Below are positions 22,759 to 35,953 of a DNA stretch of 64,000 nucleotides, piece by piece. A program made the translations under genes and the position numbers. Each line of letters starts with the position of its first letter. Within the stretch, counting starts at the first letter, position 1. Below the pieces are notes generated by a model. That model was not told the origin of the DNA. It did not search any database and saw only the letters and a list, made by a program, of their open reading frames with translations. This DNA comes from Setoptus koraiensis (Eukaryota; Animalia; Arthropoda): contig CM106586.1 of assembly GCA_048013815.1 (NCBI GenBank), forward strand, positions 20,646,001 to 20,710,000, in the 5' to 3' direction.

Positions 22759-23416
22759 TTTAGTTCGGATAGAGTGCCGCAGTGTATGAGCGGATGCAAT
22801 TGATAAAACCTTTGCAAATTTTTCTTCACGATCTTGTTTCTTCAAAAATTCTTCAATATCTGATCAAAAATAATGATGGAACTTGTAAATATAAGACTTG
22901 TCGTAAAGAATTATCGGTTGCTGTATCTCGTGGTTGAAAGGAACGTTTGCTTCAATTTTGTTTCTCGGTGAGCGTGCGAGGATTAAATGACTCGATTGTT
23001 GTAACCACCGCTCGACTGACATACATTTGACAGGATCTTTCAGCACAATGTCGGCCAAAGAGGCCGTTCAGAGGTTTTCGTCTGATCATGCGCTTAGCCA
23101 ATGGATATGACACAGAAACAATAGAATGAGGAACGATTTGACGCAAATTTGCGGATATGTTTGGACAGTGTTCAGCGGTGACAGGTTGCAGTATTCAGTT
23201 CCCTAACCCCTAAGTGACTCAACTGGACCTGTTTGCACCCCGTTTCGATCCCTTCGTGCTTTGTTCACTGCGATGTGAGGTTCGAATTTAGTGTTTAAGG
23301 CTGACGAACGCCCTGACCCTGGGCCACATAAATTTTCTCTAAAATCTAATTCAGAGCCAAGTTGAGCCAGGAGTGACACGCCAATATGTGCTGGGCAAGA
23401 TGGACACAAGAATCAG

Positions 23417-23454
23417 TCCGTCAGGCTATGAGGAGAGTGATATAGCCTGACGGA
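23417..23454. other. 13-bp perfect inverted repeat / hairpin (TCCGTCAGGCTAT...ATAGCCTGACGGA, 12-nt loop)
   Basis: Directly visible; probably internal to the TE remnant ending at 23584. Confidence 0.7.
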
Positions 23455-23518
23455 TTCTGAATTACCTCATTGTCTCGCAAAATTATTAATTGTGGCAAAA
23501 CTGACAGCTAGAAATGCA

Positions 23519-23584
23519 CCAACGATACTTTTACATTCAAAAAATTAAGCGCTCGCGATACTGACATGGTCAGTATCACTTGTT
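23519..23584 (+). mobile_element. Second copy of the Helentron-like 3' terminus (subTIR plus stem-loop)
   Basis: 66-bp block matching 10357-10422: AAAATTAAGCGCT at 23541-23553, hairpin GATACTGAC-atg-GTCAGTATC at 23557-23577, then ACTTGTT. Differences fall in the upstream spacer, one base before the stem, and the loop region; the stem is conserved. Confidence 0.6.
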
Positions 23585-23789
23585 TGGCATCGCTTAGTTG
23601 TCGTTACTGATAATCGGACATTATCTCGTCCTCGCCTGATTTGTTTCAGTCTTCCGGTGTTGTTTTCATTTGTTGTAGTTGCTGTGAATGTCTTATTTAA
23701 TTCTCTTTGGCCTCAAGAGCTTCAGTCATCTTTCGATACGTTTCGACGAGTCGTTATTGTTGTTATTATCATTATTTTTATTACTATTA

Positions 23790-24245
23790 TTATCATCACC
23801 AAAACGGTGCCACCACCACCGAGACCGACAACAACAACAAGAACACCACCAACAGAACCGACAACAACAAGAGCACCACCAACAACACCACCAATAACAG
23901 CACCAGAACCAACAACAACAACCTTTTCAGAGGCCGTTCGCCCCCCCCCCACAACATTTTCATTATAACGTTGCATCCCGATGCAACGTGACGTTTCGGG
24001 GGGAACCACTGTCCAAGGGGGAGCCACCGGGGTTGAGATTGGTAACGGGCTATGGGGAGGGTGGAGGGGGCGCGGTGGGGACTATAAATAAAAAAACAAG
24101 GAGTGGGACCCCGGTAGCAGCATCGGCCTCAACAGCATCCTCGGCAGCAGCCGTAACTACAGGGCCCACAACAACAGGACCTACAATAACAACAACTTAA
24201 TCAACAGCTGCAGCAAAAGCTACAACAACAAAACGGCCCAAATAG
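23790..24245 (+). pseudogene. Pro/Thr-rich mucin-like coding remnant
   Basis: Repeats such as PPTEPTTTRAPPTTPPITAPEPTTT and AAAVTTGPTTTGPT in broken frames; no start or signal peptide identified. Confidence 0.3.
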
Positions 24246-25426
24246 CCTCCAGAGTCTGCGCGATGGACTTGTCTGTCGCCCAGACTCCCGAAGAGCCCTC
24301 GCACCTCGGCTTGATGCCGAGGTTGAGGAGCATTCAAGATTAATAATAATAGTGATCAGGGAGTAAGACTCGATCACTAATTAATAAGCAACATTCGAAA
24401 ATATCGCGCATTTTATTTCTCTCTCTCTCTCTCTCTCTATGTCACGATCTCCTAGTCATCAAGTCCCTTCCCATTCTTTGCAAATTCTTGCAAACGCTTG
24501 TATAATTTTATATTTTGTTTTTAATTTTTATTGTGATTGAGCAGTCTATCTACTAATATCCATTATACAATACTAGAGTTATTTACACATTTAGTGGAAA
24601 CATCGTTTTGTCTATTATTTGTGTCACAAATACAATTTATGCAATGTTACATCTTTTCTGCCTTTTTGCTTGTTTGTGCGCGATTGTGGCTGGATTTGAT
24701 GATCAGCAACCGACAAATACAAGCAACATTTACAGGTGCATCGACATCGAGCGGACAAGCAGTATTGATAATAAAGTAGTTATAAAAGTATAATAATATG
24801 ATAATATGATGTTCTACTGGGTTGATATCTAAATTGTTGGACTACATCATCGATGATTTGTCGCTGTGTTGTTTGCACTTCGGGCCGGCCATTGTGAGCA
24901 CCAATTATCTAGCCTTTGGGCTGCTGTTACAGGTGACAAGTAAATGTTAGGAACATCTCTCTCAGGTAGATATATAGATAAGGTAGATATGTAATGGAGA
25001 AGCTAGTTGTTGGTCGCGTTTTCTGCTTCGCTATAGACTCTGTGGCCTACAGGCCAATGACGGCCAGTAAGCCGGCCACGCCATTCGGATAAACAGATAC
25101 AGTGTATTACGTAAGACACGATTATGTGAGACGCAACAAACTGCAGCGACTGTACACACTGGCACACTAACACACGACCATGACATTAGTATCTATATCT
25201 ACTTATATACTAGAGCTATACTGACTAACTTGGTACACACTAGATAAAATGATGCGGTCAATTACGGAATAGAATATACAATTAATATAGCAGTGAAAGT
25301 AATAATAATAATAACGGGACAACTGGATGTAATTAGTTTAAATATTTTGTATTATATAAAATGTCTATTTATATATAATTTTTCTTTTCGCTTTTTTTCT
25401 TTTTCTTAGTAATAGTATTGGTGTGT

Positions 25427-26368
25427 TTAGTATGGACCGGAAGAGCCGTACGATGGGCCGGCTCCGTATGGGCCCGCCGATGATGGACCGGCTCCGTATG
25501 GAGATGGGCCACTAGAAGAGTATGGCGATGGGTATGATCCGCTCATTGCTGATGAAGCTCCCGATGAGGCACCGTATCCGCCGGCACCGCCCATTGGCGA
25601 TGGGCCGTATGGGCCGGATGGTCCTTGGCTAGCGGCACCGTATGGTCCCGATGTTGGACCGTATGGGCCAGATGACATACCTGATGAACCGTATGACGAT
25701 GATGAACCATAAGATGACATTGAGCCACCGGCTGATGATGGACCATAAATGTTAGAGCTCTTTGGCGGGTAAGCGCCACCCGAACTAGCTCCAGCCGAAC
25801 CATAAGCGTCTCCGCCGTGTCCGCTCGAACCGGAACCGGCTCCGTAACCGCCTGCGCCACCCTTGCTTCCGGCGTCTGAGTATGTGTCGTCAGCGCCTGA
25901 GCCGCCTACCTGTGATGCGGCCTCGTCGTATGAGTTGCCTGACATGGATTGTGGTGCCGATGGATAATGTGATTGCTGTTGGCCTTTGCCTGAGTCACTT
26001 CCGTAACCGGCATCCGATTCTGAACCGGAATCACCGTACGCTGGCTTGGGCGCTGGTGCCTCGTAAGATTGTGACTCGTAACTTGGCGCGTAACTAGGCT
26101 GATACGATGGCTCTGGGTACGATGGGTACGACGCTGGTGGATAGTAGGCCTTTTGGGTTTTTGTTGGCACTGGCAATGGGATTGGTAGTAGGATGTACTT
26201 CTTTTTGGCTTTCATTAGTGCCAATAATGGTAGCAATTCTTTTAATTTTTTGATCATCTTCTTCTTGGACATAGCACTAGTTGGCTGACCGAAATGGCTG
26301 ACGAGCACCATTTCGCACACAACTATGGATAATAGGAAGAAGGCCGACAATTTGAAATAATTTGCCAT
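25427..26368 (-). CDS. Secreted Gly/Ser/Tyr/Pro-rich structural (cuticle-like) protein, 313 aa
   Basis: Signal peptide, then KKKMIKKLKELLPLLALMKAKKKYILLPIPLPVP and GPYG/SSYG repeats. Intact single-exon ORF; polypyrimidine plus AG acceptor in the 5' UTR at 26552-26551. Confidence 0.85.
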   Translation of the reverse strand: MANYFKLSAFFLLSIVVCEMVLVSHFGQPTSAMSKKKMIKKLKELLPLLALMKAKKKYILLPIPLPVPTKTQKAYYPPASYPSYPEPSYQPSYAPSYESQSYEAPAPKPAYGDSGSESDAGYGSDSGKGQQQSHYPSAPQSMSGNSYDEAASQVGGSGADDTYSDAGSKGGAGGYGAGSGSSGHGGDAYGSAGASSGGAYPPKSSNIYGPSSAGGSMSSYGSSSSYGSSGMSSGPYGPTSGPYGAASQGPSGPYGPSPMGGAGGYGASSGASSAMSGSYPSPYSSSGPSPYGAGPSSAGPYGAGPSYGSSGPY

Positions 26369-29093
26369 TTTGATGTGACTACTTGTTTGCTATTCGCTTG
26401 CTGCGGTTATTATTATTATTAGTTATATTATTTGTGTATTTGCTGTTGCTACTGATATTGTGTGCTTGTGTTTGATTTGAGGCGACTTGCTGTCTTGACG
26501 ACGTTGTTGCAACTGACTGACCGAGCGAAAGTTGTGTAAACTCACTCTCTCTGATATGATGTAAAATCAAAAAGAAAGAAGTGATCAAAAGTTGATGATG
26601 CTGATCGCTTCAACTCTAATAGATAAATGATGCAAGTTTTATATTATTAGGTATCATTTAATGTGTTGTTGTTGTTGTTGTTGTTGCTGATAATAGTTGA
26701 TTGAAACTATACAATGATATGACTACTCGACTCTAACATTGCCTGATATTAATATTAATGGGGAGTGTGCAAAAGTGATAGTTGAGTGTTTGCGATAATG
26801 ACGATGACGATGACGATGATTATTATTATTTTGATACGACAAGACGACGAGACAGCGGCGGCACAGGACGAGAGTTAGCGCCGGACAAGACGGCGGGACG
26901 AGACCGGACAGCGAAGAGGACGAGATGAGACGAGACGCGAGAGGCGCGATGATATGAAGCGATGGTACGAGGCGATAATACGAGGCGCGATGGTACGAGC
27001 GGCGACGGCCAGCACACAAGATGCACACAGCGATAGCTTGAGTCGGATAAAACGAGAGTGATGCAAACAGGTGACCGGCTGAGGCAAAGGTGAGCAGCTT
27101 GTCAGGATGTAGATCATTTCACTATTACTACTACTACCGTTATATTTGCCGGCTCAGTGGGCTAACTGATGATGAGTTGTTGTTGTAACTGTTGTTGAGT
27201 TATGCTCAGCAGCAGTTACACACTACGAGCCGGCCCGAACTACCCGGCAAGCCGCTACCCCCTGGCAAGTGGCCGGCACAGTCGGCAGCCGGCAATTCAG
27301 CCGGCCATGCAGCCGGCCATGCAGTAGTTGGCCCTCGGCCAATTGCGCCAGCTACCCAATTGCTGCAGCCGGTGGCCGCTGCCCAGCGAGTGCCGGCTAA
27401 TCAAGCCAGCGGCTACCTGGCCACTCCAATTGGCGTATGGTATGTAAATAGAGCTAGTAGCAGCGGGCTTTGCGCGCGCTCCACATCACTCAGCTTGCTG
27501 ATCAGTCAGCTTAGCTGGGCAGCTAACTTGCGCCAGTTGGCTGCATTTATTAGCTGGCCGGCTGGCAAGCTAGCTCAGATAATATGAGCCAACAAAAGCA
27601 AGCTAGTGCAAGGCAACTGAGCTGAGGCAAGGGAGGGGAGGCGCTTCATTGGGTGATGCTTTCACCAATGAAAAGCGAAAGTTTTGCCGCTGAGCTAGTG
27701 AGCAAAAGTGAACACTTTTACTTGTTGTGTGTCTCACTTTCTCCTCGCTACACGCCAACACTGAAAGGGGAAGCCAGCTCACCTGTGTGTTACCTGTGCC
27801 TGCCCGCTACTATTGGCGCTAGCTTGTCGCAGCAGCAACAGGTGAGCTGAGCTGAACAGGCGGACATCACACTCACCTGGCTGGCCGGCTTGGCGGCGCT
27901 AAATGGAGCTGCGGAGCGGACCTGTTTGCGGGCTCGAGTCCGGCGAGTCCGGCGAGTCCGTGAGTCTGGCGAGTCTGGCGAGTCTGTGAGCCGATCGGAT
28001 CCGATTCGAGGCGACCGAAGCTGCAAAGTGGCCACTGGTCGCCCACTTGAACAGCGGCAGCCATTCGACACACTGATGCTGGCTCGACTGGCATAGGCCT
28101 ATCCACTACCGCCTATCCAGCTGCCGCCCCCTATTGTATGCATTGTGCGACTAACATCGGCTCAGGTGAGCTCAGTCGCTGGTGGCTGCCACCAGGCAAA
28201 CTGAGCCTAACGACTAAAATAACTGGCTAGATCAAGTGATCAAGCGGTTTGGCGTTGATGGCGATGACGACCACTGTGATGATGACGATAATGATGATGA
28301 TTATTATTACTATTATTATTATCACTATTATTATTATTATTATTATTGTGCAAAGTTACGCAATAATAATAGTGGTGCCAGTAATGATAAGCGCTAATGG
28401 AAGGCCATTGTGAGTCACAATTTGTGACTCATGCGGCCGGCAACTAAAGCGAAAACGGAGCGAAAGACGAAATTCATTAGCATTCTGGAGCAAGCAAACA
28501 AGTAAACAAAAAGCGCCCCCTCTCTCTCTCTCTCTTAAAGCACGACAACAAGTTGCAATCGGAGGAGCTTCCATTTGGCCAGCTTCAAACGTGAGTCGTC
28601 GTGTTCCTTATTGGTGGCGCTGTCCACCATTTAGTGGCTAGTGCATTAATCTATCCATATCATTTGGCAATTATCGCCATCGGTGACGATAACAATTATG
28701 TAACGCACACAACCAGTGCGCCAGTATCGCCAGCAACAGCGATCGGTTGTTATTTTAAAACAAGCGGCATGCGGCAAAAATAAGCCCAATCGATAGACCA
28801 AACCGATCGAGATATAAATAAATAAATAAATAGGCCGAAATAGTCGGCTTCGCAAGTGGTTTCAGGACTTGAAATGGAGCCTACAACAAGCTTCTTTTCT
28901 CGCATTTGCATACATTATTTTATTGCATATGTTTGTCGATCGACATCACTGAATAGCACTGACTAGCACTGATTAGCTCTGCAAAGCACTCGACAGCACA
29001 CCTACAATTAACGGCAAGCTCGCAATTAATTGCCGGTGGCCACCATACGGCCAATGCCGAGGCTCGTCGGCTTGGCGGCGCCAAATCAGACCA

Positions 29094-29142
29094 CTCATAT
29101 ATTATCGCTCGCTCATATATTATCGCTCGCTCATATATTATC
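29094..29142. repeat. 18-bp tandem repeat (CTCATATATTATCGCTCG) x~2.7
   Basis: Directly visible. Confidence 0.85.
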
Positions 29143-29461
29143 CGGCCGGACGATAGATAATGTATGATAAATCAATAGATAATACATAAATAATAATAAC
29201 TGATCGCTGGGAACAAAGTGATACTGTGACAGTGCTCGTGGCGCTTGCTAAACTGGCGGCGGCAACAAAATGCACACCAGCGATATTAATTGAATGGGTC
29301 GAATGGGAAGCGACAAACAATTACGTATACGTTTGTATCGTATGGCATGCGGACATAATGACGTTGTTGGCACCCAGGGTGTCATTTAATTTAGCGAGTT
29401 GATTTATCGCTGCAAAGGTCACACACACAACAAACATTGGCCCTGATGCTGTCCAGTTGGC

Positions 29462-29503
29462 GCTGTCCGGTCGATGCTGTCCGGTCGATGCTGTCCGGTC
29501 GAT
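29462..29503. repeat. 14-bp tandem repeat (GCTGTCCGGTCGAT) x3
   Basis: Three exact units. Confidence 0.9.
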
Positions 29504-32104
29504 ACCGTCGGGTTGTTGGGGATTCTCTGTCAAGGCGCGAGCCACATTAATCATGGGCTGACTGCGTTGACCGGCCAAGAGGAGCGCATCTTAATCGATT
29601 TTAATCACAATGTCAATTCACGGCCAATTCAAACAGGCAACTGTTTGAATTGGGTGCCCGCAGTGGCCAAAAGTCGCTGTCACACAGGTTGCAACAACAG
29701 GTGACAAGCGTCGGGTTGAGCAACGCTTAATGTGACGCAACGGCTGATTATAATTAAGACGGCCAACAATTAAGCCATAGAGCTTACGTAACAGCTTACT
29801 TATTAGGTGTATTGTATTATACGGTTATGTAGCGCGATTATGTACACATTATGCGCATTATGATTTGCACACAGTGTGTACACATTGTGCACACAATTAT
29901 CATTATTAAATTGTGTGTGTGTGTGTGTGTGACATTTTTGCCAGATTATCCTATTAGCCGGCCGGCCGGCCGGCCAACAATCCAGCAAACTCAATCTCAC
30001 CTGACACAGGTGAGTCAGGTGACACAAGTGACACAGTTGCGCAAGCGAGCAGGTGAGGGGCACAGGTGAATAAGTGAGAGCGCAAGGCGGATAAGTGGCC
30101 ACACTCAAGTTCAGCGCCGGCCAAATCGGGACACGGTAGTGGCAACGCGATAATTATCGCTATAAGCCTAAGCGTACCATGTATGTATGAGTATAGTGTG
30201 AGCTGTGAGTGTCGTCGTCGTCGTCGCTCGGAACGGAAAGAAGCGACAATTTTCACAGCATACACGCTCTTGGAATATTTACACATTTATTATTTATCCG
30301 ACGACACACACGCACTCACACATAAGCCAGAACAATGTTCGGCCTGGCAGTCGAATTATGAGTGCGAATTATTATTAATTGTTGCGCTGCCCGAACCCGA
30401 GAATCCGAGCGCAATTCGGACAGAGCGGCGCAAAAGTTCATTAGGAATTGTTGCACCCATCGGCAAACGGGCGAGCTGGGCGACACTCTCATCAACTTGA
30501 TCGGCCGACTACCGTTTGTGTGCGGTGCGTGAGTCGAGCGGGCAACCCGGGCGACAATTGCGCTCACCGCAAGCGCAACTTGAGCGACTCGGAACGCAAT
30601 CTGGTGCGAATTCGAGCGGAATTCAGTTCATATTGGGTTGCTGGTGCAGTGAGACCGTCGCGTAGAGAGCGAAAATTTCCGATTGTCCGACGATTTTGTC
30701 GCGGCGAGGGCCCCCTCGCAACAGAATGAGTCGCAGCGGAGGCTCGCTTCGGTTTGGCGCCGTCCAGCCGCCAAACTCTAGCGAGCCAACTGATGCCAGA
30801 ATCTGATGCGATTTGTGCCAGAATGAGAGCGCCGCATTTCAGCTATTAAGTAGATGACGCAACCAGGCCAACTACAATCGCCAATGTTGGCCCCTGTTTA
30901 TGTGGCCGGCGCTGCTTTTTATTGTTGTTTGCCATCTAGGGATAATCTTTTTCATCTACTGGCTTCTTTTCGTGTGGCTGTGACTCGCCTACTGGCCGCT
31001 TGACCACAATAATAAATTTAAAATAAACTCACACACAAGCGAGCGCATGATTATAATCATGCGCTCGGCTCCTCTTATCTGGCCAGCGGATCAAGTTGCC
31101 ATGATCCGCAGACCACCAACCACTTGCCTGCCTGTTACCGCATATCCGGCCATGTGAGCTTTGCGAGCACTTTGGCCACTATTGGTCATCTCGGCGGAAT
31201 TAGATCAGCGGCAGCAGCAGCAGCAGCAGCGGCATCGACAGTCGGCGGCGGCGGCGGTCGCATGTCGGTGGCTCAGATTGGCTGACCTCAGTGGTCGGTT
31301 GGCTGGTCGTTTAGTTGGCGGTGTCGCGCTCAGGTCACGCTGGCTAACGATGAGTAATGAAGATAAATATCAGGCCCGAGTTACATATTGGGGATAAATC
31401 ATGTTGCGCTCGCCATTAATGACACCCAGCGATACAAAGCGATACAAAGCGATACACAAGGCGATACAAGGCGCTGCAGAGCTGGCTGCACAGCGAGCGA
31501 CAGATAGGAAAAGCGAGCGACACAAAAAGAGATATTCGACCAGAATTGACCGGCCGGTGGGGGAGCGGCACAAACAATTGATGAGATGGCTGCAACAGTC
31601 GCAAAAGCGCACTAATTTACATTACTGTGCCGTCGGCGCCACCAGCATCAACAGCAACAGCAACAACAGCAGCAACAACAACAACAACAACATCAACAAC
31701 GACAACAACAACATCAACAGCAACATCAACAACGGCAACATCGGCAACAACCAAATCGGCAACCACTACAGGTAAATCGGATTGCGGAAGTCAGCATAGC
31801 GGGCTGCGTGTGTTCCGTCAATCCGCTGGCTATATCCATATAATAATCATAATTTGATTCGATTGCATTATCAATAATAATAGTACGACGACCTATGTGA
31901 CTAGATTAAGCGATGGGCTAGCTAACCAAGCGACTAACTAACTTTAGTTGGTCGCTTGCTTTACTTGTCCTTTGACCATCTCCGTTGCTCTTGCTCTTGG
32001 TGTTGCTCTTGGTCTTGCACTTGCACTTGTTTTAGGCAGCCAACGGTGGGACAACTGGCTTGCTCTTGCACTTGTCTCTCTCTCTCACTCGCTGTCTTGT
32101 TGCG

Positions 32105-32174
32105 CTTTCATTTAGCTACTTTCATTTAGCTACTTTCAGTTAGCTACTTTCAGTTAGCTACTTTTAGTTAGCTA
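32105..32174. repeat. 14-bp tandem repeat (CTTTCA(T/G)TTAGCTA) x5
   Basis: Five units with stepwise variants. Confidence 0.9.
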
Positions 32175-32277
32175 GTTTCTCATTTGCAGTTGCTCCTTCT
32201 CGCTTCTTTTAGTTGGCTCGCTTTTATGTAACCAAACTGTTGTTAGCTCATATCATATGTTAGTTAGTTGTAACTGT

Positions 32278-32314
<37 letters not shown>

Positions 32315-35300
32315 TGCGAGACAAGACAGATAACAGTGAGTTACAGTTATGGCGCCCAGTGTTTGTTTTGTGTGCCACCGACTCCCACATCATTTTCGTC
32401 ATTACATTACATTATATCATATTATTATATTATATAATATCATGTTATATTATATCACATTATATTACGCCATATTATGCCATGTTATATACAGCTCGGG
32501 CTGTTTCGCTTAGATGCGTTGATTTGATATTAAATTAGAGCAAATTATTGCATAACAAAGACACCATTGATCGCCTACTAATTGTTTATCATATTATGTA
32601 ATGTTATCATATTATACTGAATTGCTCGCTCTTTTTGCGCCTCTCGTCTGGCCGGCACACACACACACACACACACATTAATATTCCGGCCAACAACATA
32701 TGTATTATGTATTAATAAATACGATTACGATATATTAATCTCGTTTGTGCGCTCTTGGCTCAGACGGGCCAACACAGTCCGACAGACAGTCTGTCAAGCC
32801 GACCGGACACGAGCCAACAACAAACGTCTGAAAATGTGATAATGTGCGCTTACCTTGTTAGGAAAAACAAAAAAAAGTTTGTTGCAGCGCGCGATATCGC
32901 ACAATTTGATTTGACGCTGACACGACCAAGCCGCCGGTTGGCGAACAAACGAAATCGCAATCTATTCCAAATCACTTAATGGATAAATGGATAGATTGAT
33001 AGATTGATAAATTGATAAAATGAGGGATGAACGGCGACTGGATGTGGAGCAAAACAAACGATTGTACAATTCAAAAGTTGATCAGTTCGTCTGTTTTGCA
33101 GCCTCTTGGGCGCATGAAGAAGCTGCAAAACACACAGGCGACCCGTTGAGTGGTATTTGGTAATTCGCATGCACCCATCATCAGACAGAGAGGATATTAA
33201 TTGGCTGGCAAGCAAACGGCGCGACACGAAAAGAGAGCCAGCATGAAAGGCTGGCATCTAGAGAGGAATAATTGGCCCGAGGCGTCAAGTGATAGCATGC
33301 TGATGATGATGATATTTTGTGATATCTCGTCATTGTCGTCGTGGTCGTGGTCGTTTTAGCTTCGTTTTTAATTTACTACAGCCATCGCATTACTGTGACA
33401 GCCAACAGTGTTATGGGCAACAAACAGCCTGTTTGTTTGTAACGCACACAGGTAAATTGTAACAGGTAACAGGTAAATTGTAACAGGTAAGTGCTGGCTG
33501 CCGTATTTGAGGATGCACACATGTTGATATGATAACTTATGTCAGTTGCTGTTATTACGTTCCATTACAACAATCAATGTTGAGTGCATCAAGGAAGCTT
33601 GTGAGCTGTCCAGTGTGCGCATGATGGACACAACAAACAGTTGCCAGCACAGTTACATAATGGCAAACAGTTTACTTTTATTATCGGGCCGACATAAATA
33701 TTCATTTATTCAATTCACCGGCAGTTAAATATTATTATTTATGTTGGTTTGTCGTATTGACGAGCGAAATCAGTTATTCAGTAGCGAATCGTGACTGTGT
33801 CTGTATTGGCTTACAATGTTGCCTGGCCTGGTCAATCTATCACGGTGAGAGGGGCTCTCGTATCGCAAACGCACCTCATTCGTTCATCGAGCTGCCGCCA
33901 GAATTCGCAGAGAATTACGCCAGAGCGTTATGCGCTCAAAACGATGGCAAGCGACGCGCCCATTTACGATCGAGCGCCATACTGTCGTCGCATAGGCATT
34001 TTATTATTATTCTTTTATACACACATTATGTGTTTATTATCGATGATATGACCACATTGGCCGATTGCTGCCGATGCTCACCCATGTTCGAGTGGGCGAT
34101 CCCCCCAAAAATCTGCACCGCTCAATCGCTTGAATGGGCGCCGTCGCTGTTGACAAATCACGGCGACAAATTATCAAATAATTATCAAATTATAAATTTA
34201 ATTGTTTATCCATATATAAATCCTATCAAAAAATACTATCGCGCATGCACCTGTTGATGGCAAGCATCGATCGACGTCCACTGACACTAATTATTGCGGC
34301 CAAATTGGCGCTCAAACAGTTGCTACAGCAACTCGATTATAAGCCATTAATAAAAAGATAACATCACACACACAATAACATGTAATCGATAATATTATGT
34401 AACATAGTTGCGACACTATAGTTGTGTTTATCGTCGCCAGTTGCCAGTGTCTAGCCGGCCACAGTTATCGTGTGTGCCTGATAATGGCATCACCAAGTGG
34501 CATCAACAGTTGCCCTATCGGTGCCATTATCAGGTGTAGTTAATCTCATCCGCATTGCCGCTCCAACGGTCCAGCAAGCGACAACAACATCAGCTGACCA
34601 GCGACAGGTGAGCGGCCGACAATTGCGTCGTTGCTGGCAGCAGCCGCCAGCACTAACTAATGCTGGCGGCAGCGACCAGCTACCTGTTAGCCGCAACAAC
34701 AAAATCAATATACAATGTATTTCAATGTATGCAAATCGATTGTGGCCAACAGGTAATGATGCCAAGGTGATGCAAATCCATTGGCGGCCGCAATTAGACT
34801 CACTCCGATGTGACAAGCGGAACAGCAGCGCCATATTGATAAATAAAATAAATCATCAAATGACAAAGGTGAGCGGCAGTCGACCAGTGACAAACCACTG
34901 ACGCCAGTTTGCAAACAATGACATGACAGCGCCAAGATAATCACTGCGCACAGTCAAGTGGGCGTCAGTTGTTGTCAGCTTCTCGATCAGGAAGCTTCTC
35001 GAACCTTCTTTGGCTTATGTGGCCGCCAACTGTGTGTCTTGGTTGGTCTTTGTTTGCGGTCGTGCCGGCGACAAACTCGCCCGATCTTGGCCGCATCTTT
35101 GAGAGTGGCCCAAATGTCATCGGCCAAAATTGAACTGAAATTTGCCGCTCCACAATCATCAATTCACTTGTATTCATTGGGCGCTGCTTCAGCACGGCCA
35201 ATTCACAATTGTCAGTTATTCAAGTTTCTTTACAATTATCGCTGCCCATTCACACCTCAGGTTGAGCCGCTTGATTTTGCAACCTTCATCTTGCAACGAG

Positions 35301-35916
35301 CCCGGCTAGATCAACCACAATTGGCCTGTCACTTCCTTGCTTGCCTCGGTCCTTTGTCCTTTGTCCTTTGTCGTGTAAAACAAGCGGCCGAGAGACGATG
35401 CCATTTGCCATGATTTGCTGCTCTCACGATTGCTCTCGCTGGCCAGTGGCCACAGCGGCGCTGACCAGTCTTGAGGCACACTCATGCAAATATAAACAAA
35501 ATAAAAATATAAAAAATCGGATAATATAATACATACTGGCACTATGAGCGGACGGGACATTGTGCGTGGGCGAACTTGTTTAGAATCATGATGAATTGCG
35601 TTGCATTCAATCTATTCTAATTTGTATCTAGTATGTAGATTATTTTATTGAGGCGGCCGCTATGCTGACACAGTTGCTCACAGAGTGCGGCTCGCTAGTG
35701 GCAGAGGATTAATTAAGTTTATAGTCATGTTAATCAGGTGGCGTTGGACGGAGTTCTCACGCTTCTGCAGCAAATATCTCTGAAACAATCTCACTGTGTT
35801 GTCAGTTGGTGCGCTAGTCAATTAGCTGGCTGGCGCTGTCGAGCCAGATGAACCAGAAGTGCCCTTGCTCTTCTCGAATGAATGGAGTCGGGCTTCATTT
35901 GAATAATATCCACTTG

Positions 35917-35953
<37 letters not shown>

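Noticed and set aside
24608-24793. Small ORF with a signal-peptide-like start (MLHLFCLFACLCAIVAG)
   Set aside because: Under 50 aa from the plausible ATG, AT-rich, no paralogue or motif; may be UTR or intergenic. Unsupported without expression data.
35745-35753. TGGACGGAG resembling the 5' end of miR-184
   Set aside because: The match stops after 9 nt and no complementary hairpin arm is evident.
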